Assembly: GCA_036336835.1 (NCBI GenBank)
Contig: JAYZFK010000094.1
Coordinates: 32,001-96,000 of the forward strand
DNA from: Myxococcota bacterium
Lineage (GTDB): Bacteria; Myxococcota_A; UBA9160; UBA4427
Length of the DNA: 64,000 bases
Direction: 5' to 3'
The notes beneath the pieces were generated by a model. The model had not been told where the DNA came from. It made no database searches and saw only the letters and a program-made list of their open reading frames with translations. Within the stretch, counting starts at the first letter, position 1. The number at the start of each line of letters is the position of its first letter. Made by a program: the position numbers and the translations under genes. Below, in pieces: positions 18,333 through 27,941 of the stretch.

Positions 18333-19730
18333 TCAGTCGGCCGCTGCACCCCGGTGCTCGCGCAGCGCTCGCTCGAGGATGCGCGCCGGATCGGTCCAGC
18401 CGGTCTCGTCCTCGATCGCCTCGCAGCGGGCGAGCACGGCGCCGACGGCCGGGCCTGGCTCGAGCCCTGCGGCGATCACATCGCGTCCTCGCACCCGCAC
18501 GGCAGGCGGCCCGCCAAGCGTCTCGAGACTCTGCATGCGCGCGACGAACTCGTCACCGGCAGCAAAGCGGCGCGCCCGCGCGTCCTGGGTCGCTCGCCCG
18601 AAATGGTCCGCGCGGGCGACGCGCTGCAGCAGGTCGGCATCGACACCAGCGCGCGCCAGACGGCGAGCCAGCCGCCGGAAGCCCCGATCGCTCGATTCCT
18701 GGGCGATCAACAGTGCCGGCGCCAGGTGATGGCGAACCAGTGCCTCGACGGCCGCCACCGTCGCTCCCGGTGCGCGCAGCCGCTCGAGCAGCGCTGCGGC
18801 GAGGCCAGCGCCCAGGGCGCCGTGACCGTGCGAGCGCACCGCACCGGCCTCGCGGCGCGTCGTCCGAGGCTTGCCGAGATCGTGCAGCAGCGCGGACCAC
18901 ATCAGCCAGCCGTCGCGCTCGGCGTGCCCGCTGCGCAGTGCGGCCGCCTCGTCCACCACCATCAGCGTGTGCGTCCAGACACAGCCCTCGGGATGCCAAT
19001 GCGGATCCTGAGGCACCCCTTCGAGCGCTGCCAGCTCCGGCAGCGGAGCGAGCCCCCGAGTCATGTGCAGCACGCGCAGCCCGAGCGAAGGTCTCGACGC
19101 GCACAGTAGCCGGTCGAGCTCCCGGAAGATGCGCTCGACCGCGAGCTGCGAAAGATCCTGCGCCCGGCAGCACGCGAGCAGCTCGCGATCGGGCTCGGCC
19201 TCCAGCCAGGCAGCCAACCGCGCGACGCGCAGCACGCGCAGCGGGTCCTCACCGAAGCGACTCGGATCCACCGCGCGCAGGCGGCGCGACGCCAGATCCT
19301 CAAAGCCACCGCGCGCATCGAAGCATTCACCCGTCAGCGGATCGAGCGCCATCGCATTGAGCGTCAGATCGCGTCGGCCCGCTCGCTCAGCGGCGCGCCG
19401 GGTGAAACCGGCGTTCGGATCCGGCTCGCCGGACCGCTCGACCAGCGAGATCTCGAAGGGCTCGAAGCCCGCGCCGCGCGCGAGCAGCACTGGAAAGTGG
19501 CGTCCCGCGACCTCGATCGTCTCGAGTCCCGCCTCGCGCAACACGCTGAAGGCCGTCGCCGGATCGAGATCGTAGAGCTCGACGTCGAGATCGCGCGCTG
19601 CGAGTCCGAGGCAACCGTCGCGCACCCAGCCACCGACGAGCAACAGCCGCCCGCCCGCTTCGCCGAGCCGCTCGGCCAGCGCCCGCACCGGCGGGGGCAC
19701 GCCCAGAGACTCGGGGCGTACGAGTGTCAC
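18333..19730 (-). CDS. Class II tRNA nucleotidyltransferase with HD domain (CC-adding candidate)
   Basis: VGGWVRD, DLDVE, RRDLTLNAM and EDPLRVLR; HD domain HPEGCVWTH..LLHDLGK; short loop before RRD. Confidence 0.85.
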   Translation of the reverse strand: MTLVRPESLGVPPPVRALAERLGEAGGRLLLVGGWVRDGCLGLAARDLDVELYDLDPATAFSVLREAGLETIEVAGRHFPVLLARGAGFEPFEISLVERSGEPDPNAGFTRRAAERAGRRDLTLNAMALDPLTGECFDARGGFEDLASRRLRAVDPSRFGEDPLRVLRVARLAAWLEAEPDRELLACCRAQDLSQLAVERIFRELDRLLCASRPSLGLRVLHMTRGLAPLPELAALEGVPQDPHWHPEGCVWTHTLMVVDEAAALRSGHAERDGWLMWSALLHDLGKPRTTRREAGAVRSHGHGALGAGLAAALLERLRAPGATVAAVEALVRHHLAPALLIAQESSDRGFRRLARRLARAGVDADLLQRVARADHFGRATQDARARRFAAGDEFVARMQSLETLGGPPAVRVRGRDVIAAGLEPGPAVGAVLARCEAIEDETGWTDPARILERALREHRGAAAD

Positions 19731-19963
19731 AGCTCCTCGTCTTCGTCGACATCTTCGAGGCGCAGCGGGTGCGGGGCATGGTCGTGGCCACTTTCCCAGC
19801 CAGGCAGCTGAGCGGCCTGCGCCATGACCGACTGCGCAATCGGCTCGTCGAGCAGCACGTCATTGTTGTCGAAACCTTCCGCCAGGCTCTCCCACAGATC
19901 GCGACCGCCGTTCTCCCACCACTCCTCGGCTGAACACTCGAAGTCGATCGAGAGCCGGATCAT
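19727..19963 (-). CDS. Small acidic hypothetical protein (78 aa)
   Basis: MIRLSIDFECSAEEWWENGG...EDVDEDEEL; start overlaps the ATL stop and stop overlaps the downstream GTG; GGAGG RBS. Confidence 0.75.
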   Translation of the reverse strand: MIRLSIDFECSAEEWWENGGRDLWESLAEGFDNNDVLLDEPIAQSVMAQAAQLPGWESGHDHAPHPLRLEDVDEDEEL

Positions 19964-20331
19964 CACTTCCCTCCGCGTCCAGCGGGCGGCGCAGTGGTCC
20001 GCGGCCGCCATTGCGACCGGGTCAGATCGATACGACCGCGCGGGTCGAACTCGACACCCTCTGCCTCTAGCAGTGCCCGCTGGACTCGTTCCATCCCCGC
20101 GAACGAGCGAGCGCTGACTTCGCCGCGGTGGTTGACGACGCGCTGCCAGGGTACCCCCGAGCCCTCCGACAGCGCGTGGAGCGCGTAGCCCACCTGGCGC
20201 GCGTTGCTCGGCAGTTCCGCCAGCCGGGCAATCTGCCCGTAGGTCGCGACGCGCCCGCGCGGGATCCGACGCACGATGCGGTAGATCCGAGAGTAGCTGC
20301 CGGCGCGGGCGTCGTTCGGTCCGCGAGACAT
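19963..20331 (-). CDS. Alkyltransferase-like (ATL) O6-alkylguanine-binding protein, MGMT family
   Basis: IPRGRVATYGQIA, ARQVG and PWQRV (Trp in place of the catalytic Cys of PCHR). Confidence 0.92.
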   Translation of the reverse strand: MSRGPNDARAGSYSRIYRIVRRIPRGRVATYGQIARLAELPSNARQVGYALHALSEGSGVPWQRVVNHRGEVSARSFAGMERVQRALLEAEGVEFDPRGRIDLTRSQWRPRTTAPPAGRGGK

Positions 20332-22430
20332 CACTGCGCGGCCCGCAGCCCCGCGTGCCGCAGCAGCGCATCGGTGCTCGGCTCCCGTCCTCGGAAGGCG
20401 ACGAATACCTCCATCGGGTCGAAGCTGCCGCCGAGGGCGAGCACGGTATCGCGGTAGCGCTGGCCAACCTCGCGCACCCTGGCCTCGTCGTCGAGCCCGG
20501 CCTGCTCGAACGCCTCGAAGGCATCCGCCGACAGCACCTCGGCCCACTTGTAGCTGTAGTAGCCCGCTGCATACCCACCCGCGAAGATGTGCCCGAAGCT
20601 ACACAGCAATCGATCCTCCTCGAGCGGCGGCAGTACCGTGGTGCGCTCGGCGATACGCCGCTGCACCGCGTCGGGCGAGGCCCCGCTCGCGCTGCCGTCG
20701 TGCAGAGCCAGATCGGTGAGGCCGTAGAGCAGCTGCCCGAGCATGTCGCTGCCTGCGCGGTAGATCCGCGCGCGGTCGAGCTTCTCGGCCAGCTCGTCCG
20801 GCAATGGCTCGCCGCTCTCGACGTGCGCCGAGATGCTGCGAAGCGTGTCACGCTGATAGCACCAGTTCTCCATGAACTGGCTGGGCAGTTCGACTGCATC
20901 CCACTCGATGTTGCGAATCCCGGAGGCGAGCCCGTAGTCGACCGAAGTCAGCATGTGCTGCAGGCCGTGCCCGAACTCGTGGAACAGCGTCAGCACCTCG
21001 CTGAAGCTCATCAGCGAGGGCGTGTCGCCCACCGGCCGCGTCTGGTTGCACACCAGGTGTGCCACCGGCAGGCGCACGTCGGCTCCACTCGGCGCGAGCG
21101 CGCGACTGCGGCCGACACACTCGTCCATCCAGGCCCCACCGCGTTTCTCCTCGGGCCGGGTGTACGGATCGAGATAGAAAGCCGCGAGCGGCGCCCCTTG
21201 CTCGTCGCACACGCGAAAGAAGCGAACGTCCGGGTGCCAGACCGGCGCCTCGCCATCGGCCGGCGCGATTCGGACACCAAACAACCGCCCAGCCAGCCCG
21301 AACAGCCCATCGAGTACCCTCGGGAAGGGGAAGTAGGGCCGCAGCTCCTCCTCGCTGTACGCGTAGCGGTGCTCGCGCAGACGCTCGGCCCAGTAGGGCA
21401 CGTCCCAGTGCGTCACATCCTCGGCCCCGGGAGCGCCCTGTTCGCGAGCGAAGGCGCGCAGATCCTCGAGGTCGCGCTGCCCGGCGGCGCGGGACGCTTC
21501 GCGCAGCTGCTCCAGCAGGCCGACTGCGCGCCCGACGTCGCGAGCCATCTTGACCTCCAGCGAGAGCTCGGCGTAGTGCTCGAAACCGAGCAGCTGCGCC
21601 TGCTCTGCCCGCAGCGCGAGAATGCGCTCGATCAGAGGTCCGTTGTCGTGCTCGCCCGAGCTCGCCCGCGTCTGATAGGCGCGATAGAGCCGCTCGCGCA
21701 GCTCCCGGCGCGGGCTGTGCTCCAAGAAGGGTCGATAGCTCGGGGAGTCGAGCGTCACGCGCCAGGGACCGTCCTCCGCGGTCGCCGCCGGCTCACCGTG
21801 GTCCCGAGCGGCCTGCGCCGCACCCGCCCGCCAGGACTCGGGCAGGCCTGCCACATCGGCCGGATCGGAGAGCTCCAGCGCGAACTCCTTGGTCGAGTCG
21901 AGCACGTGGTTGCTGAACTGGGTCGAGAGCTCGGCGAGCTCTTGCGCGACCTCGCTGAACCGCTCTCGCTGCGCCCCCTCGAGCCCGACCCCCGCGTGCC
22001 TGGCGTCGCGCAGCAAGCTGGTGAGAATGCGCTGCTGGGCCGGCTCGAGCCCCCCCCACGCGTCGGAGTCGCGCAGGGCCCGCAGTCCGTCGTAGATCGT
22101 CCGACTCTGGGCCAGCTTCAGTCCGAACACGACGACGTCCGGCTGCACCGCCTCGAACGCAGCGCGCAGCGCGTCACTGTTCTTCACGCCCATCAGATGG
22201 CCAACCACTCCCCATACCGAGGTGAGCGCGTCGCCGATGCGCTCGAGCGGATCGACCAGGTTCTCCCAGCCGGCTGCGACGCCAGACGCGAGCGCCTGCT
22301 CCAGGGCCTCGAGCGCAACGCCCTGATCCTCGAGCACGCGGCGCATCGCCGGCTCCACGTGCTCCGGCTCGATCTCGTCGAAATGGGGCAGCTCGCCTTT
22401 GCGCAAGAGCGGATTGCGGTCCTGGGTCAC
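20331..22430 (-). CDS. prlC: Oligopeptidase A (M3A metallopeptidase)
   Basis: NPLL start, KRGGAWM, HEFGH zinc motif, WDAVELPSQFMENW and HIFAGGYAAGYYSYKWAEVL. Confidence 0.95.
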   Translation of the reverse strand: MTQDRNPLLRKGELPHFDEIEPEHVEPAMRRVLEDQGVALEALEQALASGVAAGWENLVDPLERIGDALTSVWGVVGHLMGVKNSDALRAAFEAVQPDVVVFGLKLAQSRTIYDGLRALRDSDAWGGLEPAQQRILTSLLRDARHAGVGLEGAQRERFSEVAQELAELSTQFSNHVLDSTKEFALELSDPADVAGLPESWRAGAAQAARDHGEPAATAEDGPWRVTLDSPSYRPFLEHSPRRELRERLYRAYQTRASSGEHDNGPLIERILALRAEQAQLLGFEHYAELSLEVKMARDVGRAVGLLEQLREASRAAGQRDLEDLRAFAREQGAPGAEDVTHWDVPYWAERLREHRYAYSEEELRPYFPFPRVLDGLFGLAGRLFGVRIAPADGEAPVWHPDVRFFRVCDEQGAPLAAFYLDPYTRPEEKRGGAWMDECVGRSRALAPSGADVRLPVAHLVCNQTRPVGDTPSLMSFSEVLTLFHEFGHGLQHMLTSVDYGLASGIRNIEWDAVELPSQFMENWCYQRDTLRSISAHVESGEPLPDELAEKLDRARIYRAGSDMLGQLLYGLTDLALHDGSASGASPDAVQRRIAERTTVLPPLEEDRLLCSFGHIFAGGYAAGYYSYKWAEVLSADAFEAFEQAGLDDEARVREVGQRYRDTVLALGGSFDPMEVFVAFRGREPSTDALLRHAGLRAAQ

Positions 22431-22452
22431 GACTCTCCCGATCTCGGGCAAC

Positions 22453-23922
22453 TTAGCTCACCGTCGGAAGCTTCCGAGCCTCGCGCGAGCCCGCTCCACC
22501 GGAACGCAGGCAGCTTCCGACGACCGCGGTCGCGGCATTCAATGCGAGTCCCACCATGCCGATGTGCACGCCGCCCCAGCGCGTCACGCCAGCCAGGGTC
22601 AGACCGACGGAAAAAAGCGTACCGACCACCAGGCCGCAGAGCACCGGTGCGGCCCGCAGCCGCGACCAGTGGATCGAGAGCAGAAATGCAGGAACGCACT
22701 GGATCAGCAGCTCCATCTTGAGCTCGATCAGCCGCCAGAGGGTGATGTCGCCCTGGAGCGCGAACGGCACCATCGCCAGCAGGATCGCAGCGGCCAGCCG
22801 CTTGCCGATGCGAGCCGTTGCCTCGTCACCGAGCGGCCGGGTGACCAGATCGCGTGCGGCGAGCGCACCGAGCGAGAGCAGGCACGAGTCCGCAGTCGAC
22901 ATGATCGCGGCGAGTGCTCCCAGGAAGACGATCACGGCGCCAACGGTTCCCAGCGTTCCGGTCTCGGCCCACTGCGTCAGGAGCCGCGGCATCACCTCGT
23001 CCTGCGTAACGCCCTCCCCGAGGCTTGCGATCGCTGCGACGCCGATCAGTGTCACCACCAGCGTGGTGGCAAAGGGCATGAACGACATCGCGGCGAGCGA
23101 ACGCTGCAGCGAGCGCGCGTCCCGAGCGGCGTAGATGCGTTGGATCGCCTGGGGATACAGCACGCTGCCGAGTCCGAGCAGCCCAATCGTGCTGAACCAG
23201 TTGGCAACGCTCGTCGCGTCGGGCACTGCCAACACCGCCGGGCGCACCTTGGCGACCGAGCCGGTCATCCCTGCGAGCCCGCCCGCCTCGCTCAGCAGCC
23301 AGGCCAGCAGCGACCCGAGCCCGACGAGCATCAAGAGGCCCTGCCCCGCATCGGTCCAGGCGACGGCGCGCATACCACCGCGCGTCTCGTAGAACAGGAT
23401 CACGGCGGCGAGCCCGCTGACGCCCCATGCGTACGGAATCGCACCGCCGGTCACGACACTGGTGACCTCGCCCATCGCCTGCAGCTGTGCGAGCAGGAAG
23501 TTCGCCAGCGCGACGGTCATCAGTGCGCCGACCGCGATGCCCAGCGCGCGGGCACCCGGCTCTCCCGCAAATCGATTGCGCAGGTAGTCGCCCGGCGTGA
23601 CGAAGCCGTGCGCGACCGCCAGCGGCCGCAGCTTCGGTACCAGCGCGTGGAACACTACGACGATCGAGAGCATGAAGCCCGTCGACATCACGAACTCGAA
23701 GCCGCTCCGATAGGCGCGGCCCGGATAGCCGAGCAGCGAGTTGCCGCTGTACGCCGTGGCGTACAGTGTCAGGAACAGCACGAAGGTCCCGAGCTCGCGC
23801 CCGGCCAGGAAGTGATCACTCGCGCTCTTGTCGCGCTTGCGCCGGTGTGCAAACTCGGCGACGACGAGCAGCCCCGCCAGGTAGAGCCCGAGCGCCACGA
23901 GACCCAGCTGCTCGAGGCTCAC
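22453..23922 (-). CDS. Sodium:solute symporter family transporter
   Basis: About 13 TM helices; HFLAGR, YSGNSLLG.PG, GGMRAVAWTD and AAIMSTADS. Confidence 0.92.
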   Translation of the reverse strand: MSLEQLGLVALGLYLAGLLVVAEFAHRRKRDKSASDHFLAGRELGTFVLFLTLYATAYSGNSLLGYPGRAYRSGFEFVMSTGFMLSIVVVFHALVPKLRPLAVAHGFVTPGDYLRNRFAGEPGARALGIAVGALMTVALANFLLAQLQAMGEVTSVVTGGAIPYAWGVSGLAAVILFYETRGGMRAVAWTDAGQGLLMLVGLGSLLAWLLSEAGGLAGMTGSVAKVRPAVLAVPDATSVANWFSTIGLLGLGSVLYPQAIQRIYAARDARSLQRSLAAMSFMPFATTLVVTLIGVAAIASLGEGVTQDEVMPRLLTQWAETGTLGTVGAVIVFLGALAAIMSTADSCLLSLGALAARDLVTRPLGDEATARIGKRLAAAILLAMVPFALQGDITLWRLIELKMELLIQCVPAFLLSIHWSRLRAAPVLCGLVVGTLFSVGLTLAGVTRWGGVHIGMVGLALNAATAVVGSCLRSGGAGSREARKLPTVS

Positions 23923-24212
23923 GCTGCGCCCTCGTCACCGGCATCCCGGTCGTCCCCGCCACCCGCTTCACCCCCATCACTCCGGTCGGCGGGCAGAGCG
24001 TCCGAGAGCGGCGCGATCCACCAGGCGACGGCGTTCAGGCAGGCCGCGCCCAGGTAGCAACCGACGGCGATCGCAACCCAGTTGGGGAGCCCCAACAGCA
24101 GTGGTGGCACCGCATCGGCCGCGCGGTACCACGGAATCGAGACGAGATAGAGCAGACCGATCGCCCCGAGCAGCAGCGCGCGCAGGCGGCTTCGTCGGGC
24201 GGCCTCGGCCAT
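23919..24212 (-). CDS. Small two-TM membrane protein accompanying the SSS transporter (DUF3311/DUF997-like)
   Basis: LYLVSIPWY...LLGLPNW pattern; GTGA overlap with the SSS gene. Confidence 0.7.
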   Translation of the reverse strand: MAEAARRSRLRALLLGAIGLLYLVSIPWYRAADAVPPLLLGLPNWVAIAVGCYLGAACLNAVAWWIAPLSDALPADRSDGGEAGGGDDRDAGDEGAA

Positions 24213-24253
24213 GGAGGGGGTCGTAGCATGCGCCTCGCGCTGAACTCCTCCGC

Positions 24254-24976
24254 TCACCCGAACAGCTCTCCCTGCGCCGGCGGCTCTCGGGCCGCGAGCA
24301 GCTCCGGTCCTTCGGCGCGCGCATCGTTCACGCGATCTGAGACGGCTCGCACGGCCGTGTGCTCGGCCGGCCAGGGCACCAACAGGTCTGCAAGCGCCCG
24401 CGGGTCCTCCAGCTCGGGGTCGAGCCAGCGAGCGTAGTGCGTAGCCGCGAGCAACACCGGCATGCGGTCGTGAAACTCTGCGACGATCGCATTCGCGGCG
24501 GTGGTCAGGATCGTGCAGCTGTGCACCGCCTGGCCGCCTGGGTCCCACCAACTCTCCCACAAGCCGGCGGCCACCCACAGCGCGCCCTCGCCTTCCGAGG
24601 GATGGAACCAGCTCGGCAGCTTGCGACCGCCGCCGCCGCGCCACTCGAAGAACCCGGTCATCGGGACCAGGCAGCGGCGCCTGCGGATCGCCTCGCGGAA
24701 GGCGGGCTTGTCGGCGGCCGTCTCCGCGCGGGCGTTGATCATCCGGCTGCCGATCGACGCATCCCGAGCCCAGGTCGGAATCAAGCCCCAGCGATGCAGC
24801 GCAATCTGCCGCTTGCCCGGCTCGGCGCCGGCCTCACCCGCTGCCGCAATTCGCACGACCGGCACTGGCTGGCTCGGTGCCACGTTGAAGCGCGGCTGTA
24901 GGTCGAGCACCGGCTGCGCCTCGAAGTGGCTCGCGAGCTCTTGTCCGCTGCTCGTCAGCGTGTAGCGGCCGCACAC
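24254..24976 (-). CDS. SOS response-associated peptidase (SRAP, YedK/HMCES family)
   Basis: N-terminal (M)CGRY, RFNVAPSQ, WGLIP, INARAET, RCLVP..GFFEW and HDRMPV. Confidence 0.95.
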   Translation of the reverse strand: MCGRYTLTSSGQELASHFEAQPVLDLQPRFNVAPSQPVPVVRIAAAGEAGAEPGKRQIALHRWGLIPTWARDASIGSRMINARAETAADKPAFREAIRRRRCLVPMTGFFEWRGGGGRKLPSWFHPSEGEGALWVAAGLWESWWDPGGQAVHSCTILTTAANAIVAEFHDRMPVLLAATHYARWLDPELEDPRALADLLVPWPAEHTAVRAVSDRVNDARAEGPELLAAREPPAQGELFG

Positions 24977-25019
24977 GGCGCTAGAGTACCGGCCCTGCCG
25001 ATCCTGAACGAGGAGCTCG

Positions 25020-26057
25020 ATGTCCCCGCCCAACGCCCCGGACACCAGCGAGTCGAGCATGCTCGCGGACAGCCAGGCGCCCACGCCGATCCTGGCCGTG
25101 CGCGCTGCGATCGGCGGCGTGCTGATGGGGCTCGCGAACCTGGTGCCCGGCATCAGCGGCGGCACCATGCTATTGGCGGCAGGTGTCTATCCCTCGTTCA
25201 TCTCGGGCATCGCCGAGCTCACGACACTGCGCCTCCGTGCGCGCAGCGTGCTGGTAGTCGGCACTGTCGCGGCCTCCGCCGGGGTGGCGATCCTGCTGCT
25301 CGCGGGGCTGATGAAGTCGCTCGTCGTCGAACAGCGCTGGCTGATGTACAGCCTGTTCATCGGTCTCACGCTGGGCGGCGTACCCCTGGTCTGGAAGCTC
25401 GCCCGCCCGGCGACACCGGCCGTCCTGGGCGGCGCTGCCGCGGCCTTCGCCGCGATGCTACTGATGCAGCTCGGCGGCGACGGCACAGGTGGATCCGATG
25501 GCAGCCTGCTGCTGCTCCTCTTGTCTGGGCTGGCGGGCGCCTCTGCGATGATCCTGCCCGGAGTGAGCGGCGGCTATCTGCTGCTGTTGCTCGGGCAGTA
25601 CGAGACCATTCTCGGGGCGATCGACCAGCTGAAGCGCGGTCTGCTCGGTGACGCGGGAATCGACGTCGCCCTGTTGCTCGATGCGCTGCGGGTCGTCGTT
25701 CCCGTCGGCATCGGCGTGGTGATCGGCGTCGTCGGTGTCTCCAACGCGATCAAGTGGCTGCTCGATCGGCACGCTAAGCCAACGCTGGGCGCATTGTTGG
25801 GCCTGCTGCTGGGTGCGGTCGTCGGTCTGTGGCCGTTCCAGATACCGGTCGCGCCCAAGCCAGGTGACGTGATCAAGGGCCAGCTGGTCCGCGCCGAGAC
25901 GCTGGCCGAGATCGAGCAGGAAGACTGGCGCCTCGAGCGCTTCGCACCCAGCGTCGGACAGGTCGGCGCGTCACTCGGGCTGGCGGCGCTGGGGCTGGGC
26001 GCCACGCTGGCGATCGCAAGGCTCGGTCGCGACCCGGACCCCGCTTCCGAGAGCTGA
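25020..26057 (+). CDS. DUF368 family membrane protein (undecaprenyl-phosphate translocase family)
   Basis: MGLANLVPGISGGT and AMILPGVSG..LLLLLGQY repeats. Confidence 0.9.
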   Translation: MSPPNAPDTSESSMLADSQAPTPILAVRAAIGGVLMGLANLVPGISGGTMLLAAGVYPSFISGIAELTTLRLRARSVLVVGTVAASAGVAILLLAGLMKSLVVEQRWLMYSLFIGLTLGGVPLVWKLARPATPAVLGGAAAAFAAMLLMQLGGDGTGGSDGSLLLLLLSGLAGASAMILPGVSGGYLLLLLGQYETILGAIDQLKRGLLGDAGIDVALLLDALRVVVPVGIGVVIGVVGVSNAIKWLLDRHAKPTLGALLGLLLGAVVGLWPFQIPVAPKPGDVIKGQLVRAETLAEIEQEDWRLERFAPSVGQVGASLGLAALGLGATLAIARLGRDPDPASES

Positions 26058-26088
26058 CACGGAGCAAGGGAAGTCGTCTGACCACGAA

Positions 26089-26104
26089 CGGCACGCGCCC
26101 TGCC
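26089..26104 (+). promoter_or_regulatory. Sigma54-like -24/-12 promoter
   Basis: CGGCACGCGCCCTGC has GG-N10-GC spacing and resembles TGGCACG-N4-TTGC. Confidence 0.4.
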
Positions 26105-26221
26105 CGCCGGGCCTGCCACCGCGCGCGCAGGTCGCGCGCATTCTGTGTCCGATGTCCCTGTTTGCACGCTCAACCACGCGCGGTCGACGCGGCGCGCACG
26201 CTTCTTGCAAAGTCGATCGAG

Positions 26222-26308
26222 ATGCCCCGTGATCCGATTGGCGCGCTCGCCTTCCTGCTCGGCTGCTGGCTAGCCATCGAACTGCTGCGACCGCTGGTCA
26301 CGCACTGA
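26222..26308 (+). CDS. Putative 28-aa single-TM small protein MPRDPIGALAFLLGCWLAIELLRPLVTH
   Basis: ATG..TGA in a 300-bp gap, high GC3 and a hydrophobic core; below the ORF-track cutoff. Confidence 0.45.
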   Translation: MPRDPIGALAFLLGCWLAIELLRPLVTH

Positions 26309-26359
26309 GCCGGCAGCCCGCGTGGGGGGCGGCTCGGTTCGCGATCCGTCCCGAGACTC

Positions 26360-27202
26360 CTAGCGCGGGCGGCGCCGCTGCTGGCCCTGAGTCTTGCCGA
26401 GTCGGGCCGGAGTCCGCGCGGTGAGCTCCCGGCAGTGCTTGCGCAGCGCCGCGACCTCGTCGCCGCGCAGCGGACGCGCCCTGCCGCGGGGGAGTCTTCC
26501 CAAGCGCAATGGGCCCAGCCGAACGCGCACCAGTCGCTTTACCGGGTGACCGACCAGCAGCAGGCTGCGTCGGATCTGGTGCTTGCGCCCCTCGCGCAGC
26601 ACCAGACATAGCCGTGTGATGCCGGCATCGGGATCGGGCCGCAGCTTCTTCACACTCGCGGGCGCCGTCATGCCGCCGTCGAGCCTCACGCCGCGCTCGA
26701 GTCGACGCACCGCCTTGTCGCCAAGCTCGCCACGCACCACTACCTCGTACTCGCGCTCGCTGCCGAGCGAGGGATGCAGCAACGCGTGTGCGATGGCGCC
26801 GTCGTTGGTCAGCAGCAGCAACCCCTCGGTGTCCGCGTCGAGTCGACCGACCGGGAAGACGCGCTCGACGTCGCGCGGCAGAAACTGGGCAACGGTGCGA
26901 CGTCCCTCGGGATCGCGCAGTGTCGTCAACACGCCCTTTGGCTTGTTCAGGACCCAGTAGCTCGGCTTCGCAAAGATCAGCCCCTCGCCATCCAGAGCAA
27001 CCGCGTCCCGTACCGGGTCGGCGCTGTCGCCGAGCTGCGCGACCGCGCCGTTGACCGACACGCGCCCGTCGCGGATCAGGGCCTCACAGCTGCGCCGCGA
27101 GCCGATCCCCGTGGCGGCAAGCAGCTTCTGCAACCGAGAGCGCCCTGCCGGCAGCGCGCCCGACGACGCGGGGCGCGCGCCGCGAGTCCTCCTGGCGGCC
27201 AT
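26360..27202 (-). CDS. rluB: rRNA pseudouridine synthase (RluB/RsuA family)
   Basis: S4 domain RLQKLLA..G..SRR, LNKPKG and GRLDADTEGLLLLTNDG; lies downstream of scpAB. Confidence 0.9.
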   Translation of the reverse strand: MAARRTRGARPASSGALPAGRSRLQKLLAATGIGSRRSCEALIRDGRVSVNGAVAQLGDSADPVRDAVALDGEGLIFAKPSYWVLNKPKGVLTTLRDPEGRRTVAQFLPRDVERVFPVGRLDADTEGLLLLTNDGAIAHALLHPSLGSEREYEVVVRGELGDKAVRRLERGVRLDGGMTAPASVKKLRPDPDAGITRLCLVLREGRKHQIRRSLLLVGHPVKRLVRVRLGPLRLGRLPRGRARPLRGDEVAALRKHCRELTARTPARLGKTQGQQRRRPR

Positions 27203-27206
27203 CGCC

Positions 27207-27929
27207 TCAGTCTACGATCTCGGGCTCGGTCCGGATCTCCGACTCGCCGGGCTCATCAGCCTCTGCGCCCGCCTGCACCGTCGTCGCCGAGACGTCCACC
27301 GTGCCATCGGGCACGACGATCTCGGGCTCCCCTCCCTCGGTACCGGTGGCGGGCTCGACGAGCCCGTCCGACTCGGCATCCTCGGAGCGCAGCAGGCCCT
27401 GCTCGCGCGCCAGCTCGTCGAGCTCGCGAAGCGCCGGCATCTCCTTGAGTGAGTCGAGTCCGAATACCTCGAGGAAGCGACGTGTCGTGCCGTAGACCAT
27501 CGGCCTGCCGGGCACCTCGCGATGCCCGGCGATCCGCACTAGCTGGCGGTCGAGCAGGCTCTTGAGCACCGGGCCACACTCCACGCCGCGCACAGCTTCG
27601 ACCTCACCGCGAGTGGCCGGCTGCTTGTAGGCCACGATCGACAGCGTCTCTAGCGCAGCGCGCGACAGCCGCAGCGGGCGCTGGCGATGGAGCTTCTGCA
27701 GATAGCCGGAGAACTCGGCCCGGGTCCGGACCTGATAGCCCCCCGCGACCTCCCAGATCTCGAACGCCCTGTCCTGCTCCTGATACTCGGTGTTGAGCTC
27801 GTTGACCAGGTCCTTCGCCTTGGCTGGCTTCACGTACGGGATCAGCTCCGCCAGCCGCTGGGCGGAGATCGGCTCGGGTGAAGCCAGAATCAGTGCTTCC
27901 ACGATGCGTCGTTGCTCGGTGCGATCCAT
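27207..27929 (-). CDS. scpB: SMC-Scp complex subunit ScpB
   Basis: EALILAS.EP, VAGGYQ.RT, LSRAALETLSIVAYKQP.TR and PGRPMVYGTT. Confidence 0.96.
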   Translation of the reverse strand: MDRTEQRRIVEALILASPEPISAQRLAELIPYVKPAKAKDLVNELNTEYQEQDRAFEIWEVAGGYQVRTRAEFSGYLQKLHRQRPLRLSRAALETLSIVAYKQPATRGEVEAVRGVECGPVLKSLLDRQLVRIAGHREVPGRPMVYGTTRRFLEVFGLDSLKEMPALRELDELAREQGLLRSEDAESDGLVEPATGTEGGEPEIVVPDGTVDVSATTVQAGAEADEPGESEIRTEPEIVD

Positions 27930-27941
27930 TCGATGCCTCGC

